Shown: positions 9,806 through 20,249 of the stretch, in pieces | Numbering within the stretch: the stretch's first letter is position 1 | How the letters are laid out: each line of letters begins with the position of its first letter | Assembly (NCBI GenBank): GCA_027451365.1 | Contig: DAIDJN010000006.1 | Location: forward strand, 1-50,163 | DNA: 50,163 nt | Origin: Phycisphaerales bacterium | GTDB taxonomy: Bacteria; Planctomycetota; Phycisphaerae; WQYP01 | Reading direction: 5' to 3' | Translations under genes and position numbers: made by a program | Notes under the pieces: model-generated | Databases searched by the model: none | Told to the model about the DNA's origin: nothing | What the model saw: the letters and a program-made list of their open reading frames with translations, nothing else

Positions 9806-11466
9806 TCCGAAACCCAATTATTCAACGCGAATTTATCGGCCTTTTGCGACGCTGGCAGACCCTGGCGGTGCAATTGGTCTGGCTGGCGGCGCTGGCGGCC
9901 GTGGTGCTGTTACGCTGGCCGGCAAGCTCGCGCGTGAATTTATCCGGTCAGCAGGCCGCCGATGTGCTGCGTCTTTTTGGGTACACCCTTCTGGCCGGTC
10001 TTATGATTCTGGCCCCGGCATTTCCCGCCGGAACCCTGGTGTCTGAAAGGCGCAGCGGCACGCTTTCGCTTTTGCTGAATTCGCCGCTTTCACCGGCTGC
10101 GGTCTATTGGGGCAAACTGGCAGGCGTGATGGGCGTTCCCCTGCTGTTGCTGGTGTTAAGCATTCCGCCAGCGGTGGCCTGTTACACCATGGGGGGAGTC
10201 AGCGTGACGCACGAACTGCTTCCGCTTTACGGAGTGCTGGCCTGTGTGGCGCTCCAATCCACGGCGCTGGGGCTTTATGTAAGCCTGCGGGCGGCCACTG
10301 TGGAAGCGGCGCTGCGCACCACGTATGCGGCACTTTTTGTGATCGGAATTCTCGTGTTGATTCCGCCACTGTTTATTCATGCGGATACTCCCGGCCTCGG
10401 CCAGCCGGTGGCCTGGGTCGCGTCCCTTTCACCGATTCCGGCGGTGGTTCATGCGCTGGGGCAACGGCAGATAAGCGGCGGTCAGTCTGGCGTTGGACAT
10501 GTGATCAGCCATTACGCCATCGCCAGTCTGCTGATGTCCGTGATTCTGGCAATTGCGACGATTCGCCGTTTGGCTGGCCGCCTGTTCGACCGGCCGCGGG
10601 CATCGGGCAAAATTACCGATGACCGGTCGACGGGTGTGAAGGTCTGGCGCCGCGTGATGTACCTGTGGTTTTTTGACCCGCAACGGCGCAGCGGCCTGAC
10701 CGGGCCATGGTCGAACCCGGTGATGGTCAAGGAATTCCGCGCATCCCGCTTTGGACGGTCGCACTGGATGATGCGGTTGATAGGCGGATGCCTGATTGTG
10801 TCGCTGGGGCTTATGCTGGCCGCGTCGTGGGGTTCCATGAGTTTCACTTCCAACACACTTGGGGAAATCATTGTACTGCTGCAGGTTTCGCTGATTATTC
10901 TGATAGCTCCCACGCTGTCGGCGGGGCTTATCAGCTCGGAAATTCAAACCGGATCATGGCAGATTCTTCAGATGACGCCACTGACTCCCGTGACGATTGT
11001 CTCGGGCAAACTGCTCAGCGCCGCCCGCACACTGCTGCTGATTCTGCTGGCAACGCTGCCTGGCTACGCGGTGATGCTGATTATTAATCCGAATCAGAAG
11101 CGTCGCGTTGTTCTGGCGCTGGTCTGTTTAATTGTCATTGCGGTTGTTTCTGTGCTGGTCAGTGCTGCCGTCAGCAGCCTGTTTCGCCGGACGGCCACCG
11201 CCACCGCCGTGGCTTATGGCGTACTGGTGGCATTATGTGGCGGCGGGTTGCTGGCCTGGGCTGGCCGGGGTGATATTTTTTCCACGGCCGTGGTGCGCTT
11301 TTGCCTGCGGACAGACCCTTTGGCAGCCGCGCTGGGTGCCGTTCGGGCACCGGGCTTTACCCATTATGCGTTGTTGCCATGGAACTGGTGGTTCATGGGC
11401 GGGGTGGGTGCGACGGCCCTGCTGGTGCTGGTGTGGCGCACCGGCGAACTGACGCGCGCCAGATAA
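9802..11466 (+). CDS. ABC-2 type permease, internally duplicated
   Basis: Two halves, each with NP(I/V)xxrEF and ERRSGTLSLLL / EIQTGSWQILQMTPL...GKL. About 12 TM helices. ATGA overlap with the ATPase gene. Confidence 0.85.
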   Translation: MIRNPIIQREFIGLLRRWQTLAVQLVWLAALAAVVLLRWPASSRVNLSGQQAADVLRLFGYTLLAGLMILAPAFPAGTLVSERRSGTLSLLLNSPLSPAAVYWGKLAGVMGVPLLLLVLSIPPAVACYTMGGVSVTHELLPLYGVLACVALQSTALGLYVSLRAATVEAALRTTYAALFVIGILVLIPPLFIHADTPGLGQPVAWVASLSPIPAVVHALGQRQISGGQSGVGHVISHYAIASLLMSVILAIATIRRLAGRLFDRPRASGKITDDRSTGVKVWRRVMYLWFFDPQRRSGLTGPWSNPVMVKEFRASRFGRSHWMMRLIGGCLIVSLGLMLAASWGSMSFTSNTLGEIIVLLQVSLIILIAPTLSAGLISSEIQTGSWQILQMTPLTPVTIVSGKLLSAARTLLLILLATLPGYAVMLIINPNQKRRVVLALVCLIVIAVVSVLVSAAVSSLFRRTATATAVAYGVLVALCGGGLLAWAGRGDIFSTAVVRFCLRTDPLAAALGAVRAPGFTHYALLPWNWWFMGGVGATALLVLVWRTGELTRAR

Positions 11467-11649
11467 CAGCGAGTGAAGCCACGAGATTGGTTTTTAAGAA
11501 AGCAGAGAATAAATCGTCAGGAAGTATGAAAAAAAGGCGGCCCGCAAAACAGTACGGATAGCCCGATTTTAACTTTGTGACGTTTTGGCAGGAAGTGAAC
11601 GGTTCGTATAAAACTGTGAACTTTTTTAATCATCGAATTTTTCAACAGG

Positions 11650-13623
11650 TTGCATGACATGATCGCCCAGACTTCTTCCCTGTTTCTGCGGATGCATTCT
11701 TTTAGTATGTTTATCGGAGAATTGCGCTGCGGCGCGGCGGTTGGGCGGACCACCCGCGTGAAGCTTGCCTGTATTTTGGCCCTGGCGGTCTCCGGCAGTT
11801 GGGCGGCAACGCGTGCCAACGGAGCGCCGGTGTCCGGTAAGGCGGGCAACGGCATTTCCAATATCATCTGGGAAATGCCGGCCCTTCCGCAGGCCGCCCG
11901 GAAGAAAAATTTTGATCAGACCCTGGTCCCGATATGGCGACAGGTGCTGGCGCATCGGGATTCTGAAATGCAGCAGGTCGCCTGCCGCGGCATACGCCGC
12001 CTGGCCGCCGCCGGGATGCCGGGGCTTAAGGTTTTGGAACCAGATTTGGAAAGGCTTGCCGACAAGTCCGCATTTCCCGCGGTTCGCGCGGCGGCCATTC
12101 AAACCATTGTGGCACTCGCGGATCAGGCTGCGAATCCGTTCCTGTCCGGAATGGATCAGCGCACACATCAAACGCTGGTAATTCTGGCGGCTGACCCGCC
12201 TCTGGCACGTTGGAAAACGCGGGAAATGTTCGCGCTGTGGCTCCATCGCGCAGGCGACACAACACTGCCACTGGCCGTTCGATTGTCGGCAATCCGGTCG
12301 CTGGAGAACGCCGGGGATTCCACCAGCGCCCAATCCCTGGCAGTTTTGGCCAACGATTCACATAACCCGCTGGCACTGCGTTTGGCCGCGGCCGCAGCGC
12401 TGGGAACGCTTGGCCCGGGTCGCGCTGGAACCATGGCGGTTCGTCTGTTAAGCGGCCCGGCTGCGGATGAACAACGTCACCAACAATCTGCGCTGCAAAA
12501 CGGTCTGCTGGCACTGACGCTCTGTCGAACGGCGGCAAATGCCGCCCAACAGGCGGTTCTGGTGCGTCTGGCCGGTGGAAAACGCAATGTTCTGGTGCAG
12601 GGCGCGATGGCCGCCCTGGTCGCGAACCATGCGGAATTAATTGTCCATCAGGCGCAGGCGGCGGTGGGAAATCCGATTCCGGATATTCGGCGGCTTGTTG
12701 CGCAAGTGCTGGTCAGGCATATTCTGTATGCGGACAGGGCCCGGCAACCCGGTCACGCAAAAGTTGTGGCGGGCAAATCCATTAAATGGTTGGGGCAACT
12801 GCTGAATGATCGCCGCCGTTTTGTTCGGTGGTATTGCCGACACGAACTGATTGTATTGGGCCGGAAAAATGGTTTGCGGACAGCGGTGCTGACCGAATGT
12901 CGGTTGCAGTTGATTCATGGCGAACCGCGCGCGGCGCGTCAGGCGGCCCTGGTTCTCGGCGGCCTGATGGACCTTCCCAGTGAACCGCAGCTTTTGCAAG
13001 CGGCATTGACCGGCCCACGCGCCGTGCGTGTGGGCGCGGTTGTAGCCCTGCGTGAACTGCGGGTCTCCGCGCCACTTCCGGCGCTGCTTGCCAGTGCGCA
13101 TAAATTGGCCGCGTCCTGTCAGAAAAATGTTGAAAACAGTCAGACCGCCGGCTTCCACGCAGCCGCGTTTCGCGACGACAATATTCAACTTGCACAGATA
13201 TTTCAATTGATGGGTATTTTGCGCTGGCGGCAGGGGGCCGCATACATGAGGACCTTTATTCCCAAAACACGGGACTATGCGGGAATTGCGCGGGCATCGG
13301 CCATCTGGGCGCTGGGGCGCATCTACCATGCCGGGCGACATCGGCATATTCTCGCCGAGTTGTCGGACCGGCTAAATGACACCAATCCGCTGGATCCGGA
13401 AAGTCCGGCCGTTCGCGCCATAAGTTCTATTGTCATCGGGGAACTCGGACGGCCTTCGGATGCCAATACCGTTTATATATATTGCGGGCCGCATGCCACA
13501 GACCGCATCGGCATGTCCTGCCGATGGGCTTACACCCGGCTGACCGGCAAGCCGCTGGCGCTTCCGATTCACATCATATCGCCGCGCGCTGGAGATATTA
13601 TGCCCATTCATCCGCTTCGTTGA
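11650..13623 (+). CDS. HEAT/ARM-repeat protein, probably exported
   Basis: Repeated VRxAAxxAL helices (AVRAAAIQTI, VRLSAIRSL, LRLAAAAALG, ARASAIWALG) and a hydrophobic signal-like stretch. The true start is probably downstream, e.g. GTG 11758. Confidence 0.7.
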   Translation: MHDMIAQTSSLFLRMHSFSMFIGELRCGAAVGRTTRVKLACILALAVSGSWAATRANGAPVSGKAGNGISNIIWEMPALPQAARKKNFDQTLVPIWRQVLAHRDSEMQQVACRGIRRLAAAGMPGLKVLEPDLERLADKSAFPAVRAAAIQTIVALADQAANPFLSGMDQRTHQTLVILAADPPLARWKTREMFALWLHRAGDTTLPLAVRLSAIRSLENAGDSTSAQSLAVLANDSHNPLALRLAAAAALGTLGPGRAGTMAVRLLSGPAADEQRHQQSALQNGLLALTLCRTAANAAQQAVLVRLAGGKRNVLVQGAMAALVANHAELIVHQAQAAVGNPIPDIRRLVAQVLVRHILYADRARQPGHAKVVAGKSIKWLGQLLNDRRRFVRWYCRHELIVLGRKNGLRTAVLTECRLQLIHGEPRAARQAALVLGGLMDLPSEPQLLQAALTGPRAVRVGAVVALRELRVSAPLPALLASAHKLAASCQKNVENSQTAGFHAAAFRDDNIQLAQIFQLMGILRWRQGAAYMRTFIPKTRDYAGIARASAIWALGRIYHAGRHRHILAELSDRLNDTNPLDPESPAVRAISSIVIGELGRPSDANTVYIYCGPHATDRIGMSCRWAYTRLTGKPLALPIHIISPRAGDIMPIHPLR

Positions 13624-13634
13624 GAGGTGGATTG

Positions 13635-14672
13635 TCAGGCCAAAGACCGCTTTAATGCCTGCGGCAGATGGGCCGCAATATCGGTGGCCAGCAGGCCGGC
13701 CGGGCCTATGTTTTCCGCCGCAATATCACCTGCCAGACCGTGCAGGTGCACGCCCAGAACTGCCGCGTTCACCGCGTTGAATCGCTGCCCAAGCAACGAG
13801 GCGATCACCCCCGTCAGCACATCACCGCTGCCTGCGGTTGCCATCCCTGGATTTCCGGTTTTGTTCACTGCGGCTCGCTGGCCATCGGCAATGGCGGTCC
13901 GATGCCCCTTTAATACCACCACACAACCGGTGCCGCGGCTAAGCAATTCGGCCAGCGCGGAATGATCAGGCCCGGCGGGTGAAGCCGCCGCCGCATGAGT
14001 CCGGGCCGCGCCGGTGGCGTCGGTGGCCATATCCGGGGGCAGGTCTACAGGTATTCCGTCAGCGGTGCTTGGGGCATCGTCATCTTCCACCAGACTGCGC
14101 GGCGACGCTTTGACCGTTGATGCGGGCGCCAATTGGCCGGCGGCTTCAGGCGTCAGGGCGACATCCCCGCCGCGTTTCATCACTGCACCCATCAGGCGCA
14201 TGAACTCCCCCATGTGCGGCGTAAGCACAATGTTGGACCAGTCGCGCCGCGTCGGCCATTCGCTTGCTTCCAGCGAGGCCAGGGTGTTCAGGGCATCCGC
14301 ATCCAGCACCATCGGTCGATGATGGCGCTCCAGCAGTTCAAGCACAATACGGCGCGTAAGCGGGTTGACACCCATGCCCGGACCAATGGCCACGGAATCG
14401 TGCTGATCGGCAAAAGCGATCAGCGATTTTGTATCACGCGGATTGATCGGAAAACCGGTGGCCGTGGGGCACATCGTCAGGATATGCGGCAGCAATTCTT
14501 TGGCGGCGGCAATTCGCACCATGCCAGCGCCAGCTCGGAATGCGGCCAACGCCGCGAGTGCCGGTGCGCCGATCATGTATTCGCTGCCGGCAATGATCAG
14601 TACTTTGCCGTAGTCGCCCTTGTGAGAATCAAGCCGCCGTGGTGTAAGCTTCGGGAGTTCTATCGTTTCCAT
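13635..14672 (-). CDS. nnrD: ADP-dependent NAD(P)H-hydrate dehydratase (stand-alone YjeF C-terminal domain)
   Basis: SHKGDYGKVLIIAGS, AIGPGMG, VLDADAL, LTPHMGEF, VVLKG, GNPGMATAGSGDVLTG. Confidence 0.93.
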   Translation of the reverse strand: METIELPKLTPRRLDSHKGDYGKVLIIAGSEYMIGAPALAALAAFRAGAGMVRIAAAKELLPHILTMCPTATGFPINPRDTKSLIAFADQHDSVAIGPGMGVNPLTRRIVLELLERHHRPMVLDADALNTLASLEASEWPTRRDWSNIVLTPHMGEFMRLMGAVMKRGGDVALTPEAAGQLAPASTVKASPRSLVEDDDAPSTADGIPVDLPPDMATDATGAARTHAAAASPAGPDHSALAELLSRGTGCVVVLKGHRTAIADGQRAAVNKTGNPGMATAGSGDVLTGVIASLLGQRFNAVNAAVLGVHLHGLAGDIAAENIGPAGLLATDIAAHLPQALKRSLA

Positions 14673-15005
14673 GCCAGTAACTTAGGGCAGAGTGACAGAT
14701 GCGGCAAGTCCGCCGTGCACTTCATCCGCGCCCCAGGATGTCGGCCCTGGGTGGAAGCCACGCGTCCACTGGCGTCGGAATAAAGTGGACCGTACATCCG
14801 CTCTTTGGAAATCGTGCGTCCGCCCAATCAGGAAGGAATAAACCGGACCGCGCCAAGGCCCGCTTGTGTTTGAATGCTCTGGCGAGGGGCGTTAACGGGC
14901 GTCAGGGGGCAGACCCGCCTGCGGCGGTATTTAATACGGCCGCTTCCGCGTTTCTGTTAAAAAGCGAGGTCACGCTTTCAGGCATCAGGCATTCAAAAAG
15001 CGGTG

Positions 15006-15034
15006 TTGACTTTTCCCGACGAGAGGGCAATAAT
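15006..15034 (+). promoter_or_regulatory. Candidate sigma70 promoter for the PEP-CTERM gene
   Basis: TTGACT - 17 bp - AATAAT in the intergenic region. Confidence 0.45.
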
Positions 15035-15187
15035 AACTTGTAGTTGGGGAATAGTTCTAGAAGAATAAATCAGGCAGGTGTTGGGGAATTGTTTTGTTTG
15101 ATTCCGGATTTTTCCGTGCGGTCTTGCTGCCTGCGCACCGGTTAATTCCAAGGTAATCAAACCAGTGTCGTATTGAAGATTTAATTT

Positions 15188-17116
15188 GTGGGAAATCATT
15201 GTTCTATTCCGGGTTCTATTCCGGCCCGTACCCCGGGACGCTGTGGGGACATAAGGCTGATTCCAGTATTGAGCGGTCTTTTGTCCGCGGGCTTTGTGGC
15301 CGCTGTATCACCGCAGTCTTTGCTGGCCTCGTCCGGCAGTTACTATGTGGTCTCTAAAGCGTCGTATTATGAGCAAAACTCAACATCCGCGCCCGCTTTG
15401 AATGTGTCGGTACCGTATTCATTCCTGGCTGAAATAGAAAATCTGCCCACACAGCCCGTCAGCGCCTCCTCTTATATCTCGTTGCCATCTGGTGCCTCTG
15501 GAAGCATCGGTCTGACGTCGTTTTCGGCAGGCTATCGGTATACCGCCGGCTACGCAAACCAGTCCGCCCTGGATGCCGCATTCCCGAATGGAACTTACAC
15601 CTTCCACATCAACACCAGTTCGGGAGGCTATGTGGTGCCTCTTGCGCTGTCGCCGGTATCGTATCCGGTAAATATTCCAAAAATCTCGAATTCCGGCTGG
15701 GCCAGTGGTGATCTGGTGGTGGACCCGACGCAGAGCTACACCTTTACATGGAATGGATTTTCCGGCTTTCATTTGAATTTCGGAATTCAGGGAAATGGCA
15801 CAGGAACTTTCAACGGTGCGGCATACAGTGTGGCCAATCCCGTCACGGGCAACGCGTCCTATACCCTGGCCGCCAATACGCTCACCGCCGGTCAAACGTA
15901 TCAGGCCACTCTTGAATTTGACACCGCTACAGCGGTCAATACCACCAGTGTGACCACCGGGGCCAATCACACCACTGCTTCCAGCGGTATCGCGGCCTTT
16001 GGAGACCAAACCAGTTTTACCATTTTCGCCCAGACACCCGGTTCCGCCGGCGCTCTGGTGTGGAACGCCGGAGTGGACGCAAGTGGGAACTGGAATCTCA
16101 CTTCCGTTACCTGGGGAACCAGTGCGGCAAGTTCAGCGTGGGTCAACGGGTCTGTGGCCGCCATCGGCAATGGCGGAACCGCCGGCACCATCACCATCAC
16201 CTCCAGTGGAATCAGCGCCAGCGGCATTACATTTAACGCGGTCAGCAGCGCCTCGCCCGGCCAATACACACTTCTGGGCACCGGGTCAAACAACCTGTCT
16301 CTGACCGGCACCGGAACTGTTACCATGAATTCCGACGCCACGATCAGCGCCCCATTGGTGGGAACCGGAGGTTTAACAGTCGTGGGGCTGCATAATCTGA
16401 CCCTCGCCGGCACCAACACTTATACCGGTCCTACCAGTATCAATTCCGGTCAGTTGACCCTGGTGGCGGGCGGCGCGATCAATGCCACGTCCGCACTCAA
16501 TATTTCATCAGGGGCAATGCTAACCATGAATGGCACCGGAATCAGCGATGGCATTACCATCCATTATGGGGCGGGCGCCAGCCCCAATAACACCATTCGC
16601 AATGAAATAATAACCGGCTACAACAACGGCGCATGGAATGGGGCTTCCACCTTACTGGGTGCGATTAACTCCACCGTCGCGGGCAGTTCAAATCATAAAT
16701 ACGCCATTGGCTATGTGGATGGTGCCGACGGCATCGTTTCCGGTCCGACGGCCGGAAATGAAAAAGTCATGCTTACCTTAAGTGGTGATGCCACTCTGTC
16801 CGGCAAGGTTAACTTGAATGATTTCACCATCATTATAAGCCATTTTGGCACCTTGACGGGCGCCCAGTGGGATCAGGGTGATTTTAATTATGATGGCAAG
16901 GTGAACCTGCAGGATTTCACGCTTTTTCTGAATAATTATGGCCTGTCGCTCGGCGCCGGCCTGCTACCCGCCTTTTCGGTTCGCAGCAATACCGCGCGTT
17001 CGACCCCGGAACCTGAATCACTGGCCCTTTTGGGTTTAGGCGCAACGCTTCTCCTTTTGCGCCGCCGTGGAAAATCGCTGTTTGCCGGAAGGCGATCAAC
17101 CGCTGCATCCGCCTGA
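15188..17116 (+). CDS. PEP-CTERM sorted surface protein with autotransporter-associated beta-strand repeat and dockerin-like pair
   Basis: S/T/G/N-rich; GGLTVVGLHNLTLAGTNTYTGPTSINSG repeat; GDATLSGKVNLNDF...GDFNYDGKVNLQDF; C-terminal TPEPESLALLGLGATLLLLRRR. Confidence 0.88.
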   Translation: MGNHCSIPGSIPARTPGRCGDIRLIPVLSGLLSAGFVAAVSPQSLLASSGSYYVVSKASYYEQNSTSAPALNVSVPYSFLAEIENLPTQPVSASSYISLPSGASGSIGLTSFSAGYRYTAGYANQSALDAAFPNGTYTFHINTSSGGYVVPLALSPVSYPVNIPKISNSGWASGDLVVDPTQSYTFTWNGFSGFHLNFGIQGNGTGTFNGAAYSVANPVTGNASYTLAANTLTAGQTYQATLEFDTATAVNTTSVTTGANHTTASSGIAAFGDQTSFTIFAQTPGSAGALVWNAGVDASGNWNLTSVTWGTSAASSAWVNGSVAAIGNGGTAGTITITSSGISASGITFNAVSSASPGQYTLLGTGSNNLSLTGTGTVTMNSDATISAPLVGTGGLTVVGLHNLTLAGTNTYTGPTSINSGQLTLVAGGAINATSALNISSGAMLTMNGTGISDGITIHYGAGASPNNTIRNEIITGYNNGAWNGASTLLGAINSTVAGSSNHKYAIGYVDGADGIVSGPTAGNEKVMLTLSGDATLSGKVNLNDFTIIISHFGTLTGAQWDQGDFNYDGKVNLQDFTLFLNNYGLSLGAGLLPAFSVRSNTARSTPEPESLALLGLGATLLLLRRRGKSLFAGRRSTAASA

Positions 17117-17328
17117 CGCGCGCCGCACAGGCCGTCCGGATCGCAAATCGGCCGGCCGAACACATACATACTATAATACATAACTACATTAATTAATATT
17201 ATGCATTAAACACACATCCATCGCCCAATCATGATTAAACTCAAGAATTTCGAATCCGGAATAGACGCCTCCACCTGCAATATCATTTTTTTTTGCTTGT
17301 TCCATGTTGCTATTCATCTCGCCTGATA

Positions 17329-18594
17329 TTATCGCCAATTGGCACCAGCGGCCGCATGGCGCCAGATGCGCAGATGCCCGCGATCCATCCGCTGAAGTGG
17401 CGCAACCTGAATCTGCGCCGCATGCCAAGGCAGCAGCCTTTTGATTGCATTCCAGTGAACCAGTTTTCCGCCCAGCAATTGCATCTCCTTGCCATACCCG
17501 CGCGAGAGCAGATTTCCGGATCCGCTTGCCCGTGTGGCCCGCGCCCCGTGCGTTACCTGAAGAAATATGCCATAACTCGCCGGACCGGTGATCTTGTTAT
17601 CCAGGCAGACCAATTTGGACCCCTTACTGGACAACACCACAACCGGCGAAGGATAAGGCGTTCGAATGCTGTTATGCACCAGAAACAGCGTGCCGTTGTG
17701 CGGGCCGCCGCCATCCTGCCCGAAATGTATCACCTCATGATTGCCGGAGGTGTGCGGGCTTTTCACAATCAGGCAGCCGATGATCACCGCGTCGCTGCGG
17801 GCCGCCCCGGTATTGACCCGGTCATCCACAAGGTCAATCTCGCGATTTGCGGAATCATGTACATAGCAGTATTCAATCCATGTGATATGGCAGCGGCTTT
17901 TAATGTTGTGCCCGGTCAGGCTGTGCGAAATGTCGCACCCCAGAATCAGCGCACTGGTCCCGCCCAGATACAGGTTATGGTTATATCCGGCATGGTTCGT
18001 CGTGCCATTCCGTGTAATGTGACAGAATTCAATCCGCTGGTCCGCCCCGCTGTGCGAATTTAAGTTCCCGTTGCTCATAATCCCCATGTCGTTGCCATGT
18101 ATGGTGCAATGACTGATCGTAATGTTGTTGGCGCTATTAATGCGCACACCTGCCCCATTGCCCGCATGGTTATGCGCACCGGATATATTCAAACCGCGTA
18201 AAACACATCCGCTGGCCCCCCGATTAAACTGAAACACGGCGCGTGGAATTGCGCCCCGACCGGAATAATTAAACCCCGTCCCGCTGACGCGAATCGCGCG
18301 CCGTCTTAACGCGCTTTCTATCGTGATTCGTGGTTTGTCCATCTCGACAGCCACTTTCGTATACGGCCGCCCATCCGCCCGGGGCCAGATGCGAATCACA
18401 TCCCCTGCATGTGCCGCCGCAACCGCCTGCATGATGGAAGCCAGTGGTTTTCCCGGCCCCACGTCCAGTTCGCGAGCCGCACAGACGTTCGGCATAAAAA
18501 TCCAAAGGCACGGCAAGAGCGCCGCTATCCGCATAAGCGTTCCGAGTACCGCTGTGGCATTCCCACCTGCCGTATGAAGTGGATAGACTTTCAT
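17329..18594 (-). CDS. Secreted right-handed parallel beta-helix (pectin lyase-like fold) protein
   Basis: VGPGKPLASIMQAVAAAHAGDVIRI start; repeated I-x-x-C-x-I-x-x-N coils; HNLYL and GHNIKSR. Start uncertain. Confidence 0.75.
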   Translation of the reverse strand: MKVYPLHTAGGNATAVLGTLMRIAALLPCLWIFMPNVCAARELDVGPGKPLASIMQAVAAAHAGDVIRIWPRADGRPYTKVAVEMDKPRITIESALRRRAIRVSGTGFNYSGRGAIPRAVFQFNRGASGCVLRGLNISGAHNHAGNGAGVRINSANNITISHCTIHGNDMGIMSNGNLNSHSGADQRIEFCHITRNGTTNHAGYNHNLYLGGTSALILGCDISHSLTGHNIKSRCHITWIEYCYVHDSANREIDLVDDRVNTGAARSDAVIIGCLIVKSPHTSGNHEVIHFGQDGGGPHNGTLFLVHNSIRTPYPSPVVVLSSKGSKLVCLDNKITGPASYGIFLQVTHGARATRASGSGNLLSRGYGKEMQLLGGKLVHWNAIKRLLPWHAAQIQVAPLQRMDRGHLRIWRHAAAGANWR

Positions 18595-18780
18595 AAATCC
18601 TCTTTCTTTTATGACCGTGGCCGAATATGTCCAGTTATTTTATGCCTTATACCCGCGCGTCCACAACCCGATTTTCCAATAGTCTAAATTTGCCCGATCG
18701 GCCGCCATGGTCATTCTTGCCATTCGTACGGTCGTCACGATTGGCCCCACGCATTGGCGTATCCGCCAAGGTCTCCTATC

Positions 18781-19737
18781 ATGCTGTTTATGAACAGAGA
18801 CTTCGCATATCCAACCCGTCCGCCCGCGACCGTTTCCAGCGATCCATTATCGGCGTGGTCATCGGCCATTCCTCGCCTGACGGTCTGGCTTGTCGGCCCC
18901 CTCCTGCTGCTTTGCCTGGTTCTGACCGGCTGCTCGGTCACAAAAAAGCGCGTTGTTCCGCGGCTCCCGGTCGCGCCGACACCCGCGCCGACAACCCCGG
19001 CCAAAACGCCTTCCAGTTCCGTTTCGACAGGCCACACCGTTCCCGGCCATTCGTCGCTGGAGCCACTGTATAATTCAGTTGCCGAAGTGCAAATTTTGCG
19101 GTTGCGACTTCCCCTGGGACGCTTTACCGGCAATAAAACAATCTGGCGAATTTTTTCTCCCATCGCAGCCAGCCGCCGCACGCTTCATCTGCTTGCGGCC
19201 AACGGCATTCGCAGCGGAACCGCTTCTTTTAAACAATGGCGGCGCATAGCTCCTTGGCTTAATAAACCGGGCACAACGTCCCAGCGCATTTACTGCCAGT
19301 TATCCGGAATCAATCCGGTTACAGTGACCGTCCGGTCCAACGTGCAGCGTGAACTGCTGGCGTATCTGAACGCGAAAAACGCGCTGACCGTGCGCACCTT
19401 CCGAAATTGTGACAACGACATTCTGCTTGCCGCTCACCTTCTTGAACACTCGCCGGACACCGTCATGCAACTGGAACCCGCAGTGCGACTTGGCGTGGTC
19501 ACCTTCACACGCGGTCCGCATGCGCTTGGGTTAATTCAGGGTACCCGCCCAGTGGAACATCTTTTTCCCCAATTACAGATGACCGTGCAAATTGCCCCAC
19601 AACATTTCGTGGTGCTGGCCGCCGCGGACGCGACCGGTCGGCCTGCCTCCATCGGCTCGGCGTTTCTTTCCGAGACGCGGCGTGTGCCCCCGAGGGAAAC
19701 GGTACTGCTGTTTATTCCCATGAATGGCATTAAATGA
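18781..19737 (+). CDS. Hypothetical lipoprotein, possibly secretin-like
   Basis: Hydrophobic stretch ending in lipobox LTGC, Pro/Thr linker, beta-rich C-terminus. Start uncertain (18754, 18781 or 18790). Confidence 0.6.
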   Translation: MLFMNRDFAYPTRPPATVSSDPLSAWSSAIPRLTVWLVGPLLLLCLVLTGCSVTKKRVVPRLPVAPTPAPTTPAKTPSSSVSTGHTVPGHSSLEPLYNSVAEVQILRLRLPLGRFTGNKTIWRIFSPIAASRRTLHLLAANGIRSGTASFKQWRRIAPWLNKPGTTSQRIYCQLSGINPVTVTVRSNVQRELLAYLNAKNALTVRTFRNCDNDILLAAHLLEHSPDTVMQLEPAVRLGVVTFTRGPHALGLIQGTRPVEHLFPQLQMTVQIAPQHFVVLAAADATGRPASIGSAFLSETRRVPPRETVLLFIPMNGIK

Positions 19738-19911
19738 GCGGCATTAAGTTAATCAGTATTTGAATCATAACCGGACCGCAGGCGCCGCCCGCTACGGTTC
19801 GGGAATCCGCCGTGACGGGGTGCCCCAACAGCGGCAAAAAGTGCCGTTCCGGAAAAGGCCCGTATCCGAATTAAACCCGTGGCCGCTCACCCACCTGGGG
19901 TCCATCCGCAT

Positions 19912-20178
19912 TTATCCCAGAAAAAGATCTGAACCGCAGGTCACATGATCGGCTTCAATCGGGTCGTTAGGACTCATCCGAATGGTGGTCTGTGGCTCTT
20001 TGCGAGCGAACCCTGGCCGCGCCGCCATCGAAATCCGCAACGTATCGCCAGTCGCAAAACTATCGCGGCTTTCAAACGCATTTGGTGGCCGCGCCGCCAT
20101 GTCCACTCGCGTTGACTTCGACCGGGCCGCCGTGGAAGTGTCCACCCGGCCAACCGAACCTAATTTACGCATCACCAT
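19912..20178 (-). CDS. 88-aa hypothetical protein with internal AAR(P) repeats
   Basis: AAGGAG 6 nt before ATG 20178; upstream extended -10; in-frame internal repeats. Confidence 0.65.
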   Translation of the reverse strand: MVMRKLGSVGRVDTSTAARSKSTRVDMAARPPNAFESRDSFATGDTLRISMAARPGFARKEPQTTIRMSPNDPIEADHVTCGSDLFLG

Positions 20179-20249
20179 GACAGGCTCCTTTACATCCCAC
20201 TTGGTTTTGCCCACACGGTTGACGGTCAGCGGTAACTTTCGCTGTTAAC

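Noticed and set aside
15201..15224. 12-bp tandem duplication gttctattccgg
   Set aside because: Only two in-frame copies in a signal-peptide N-region; no evidence of function.
17160..17215. AT-rich patch with CATAA and TTATG, dif-like
   Set aside because: The arms are not separated by the required 6-bp spacer. It is treated as AT-rich DNA between convergent genes.
20185..20215. GGGCAAAACC...GTGGGATGTAAAGG on the minus strand resembles a c-di-GMP-I riboswitch
   Set aside because: It lacks the GAAA-capped P2 stem and the P3 region, and it runs straight into the RBS.
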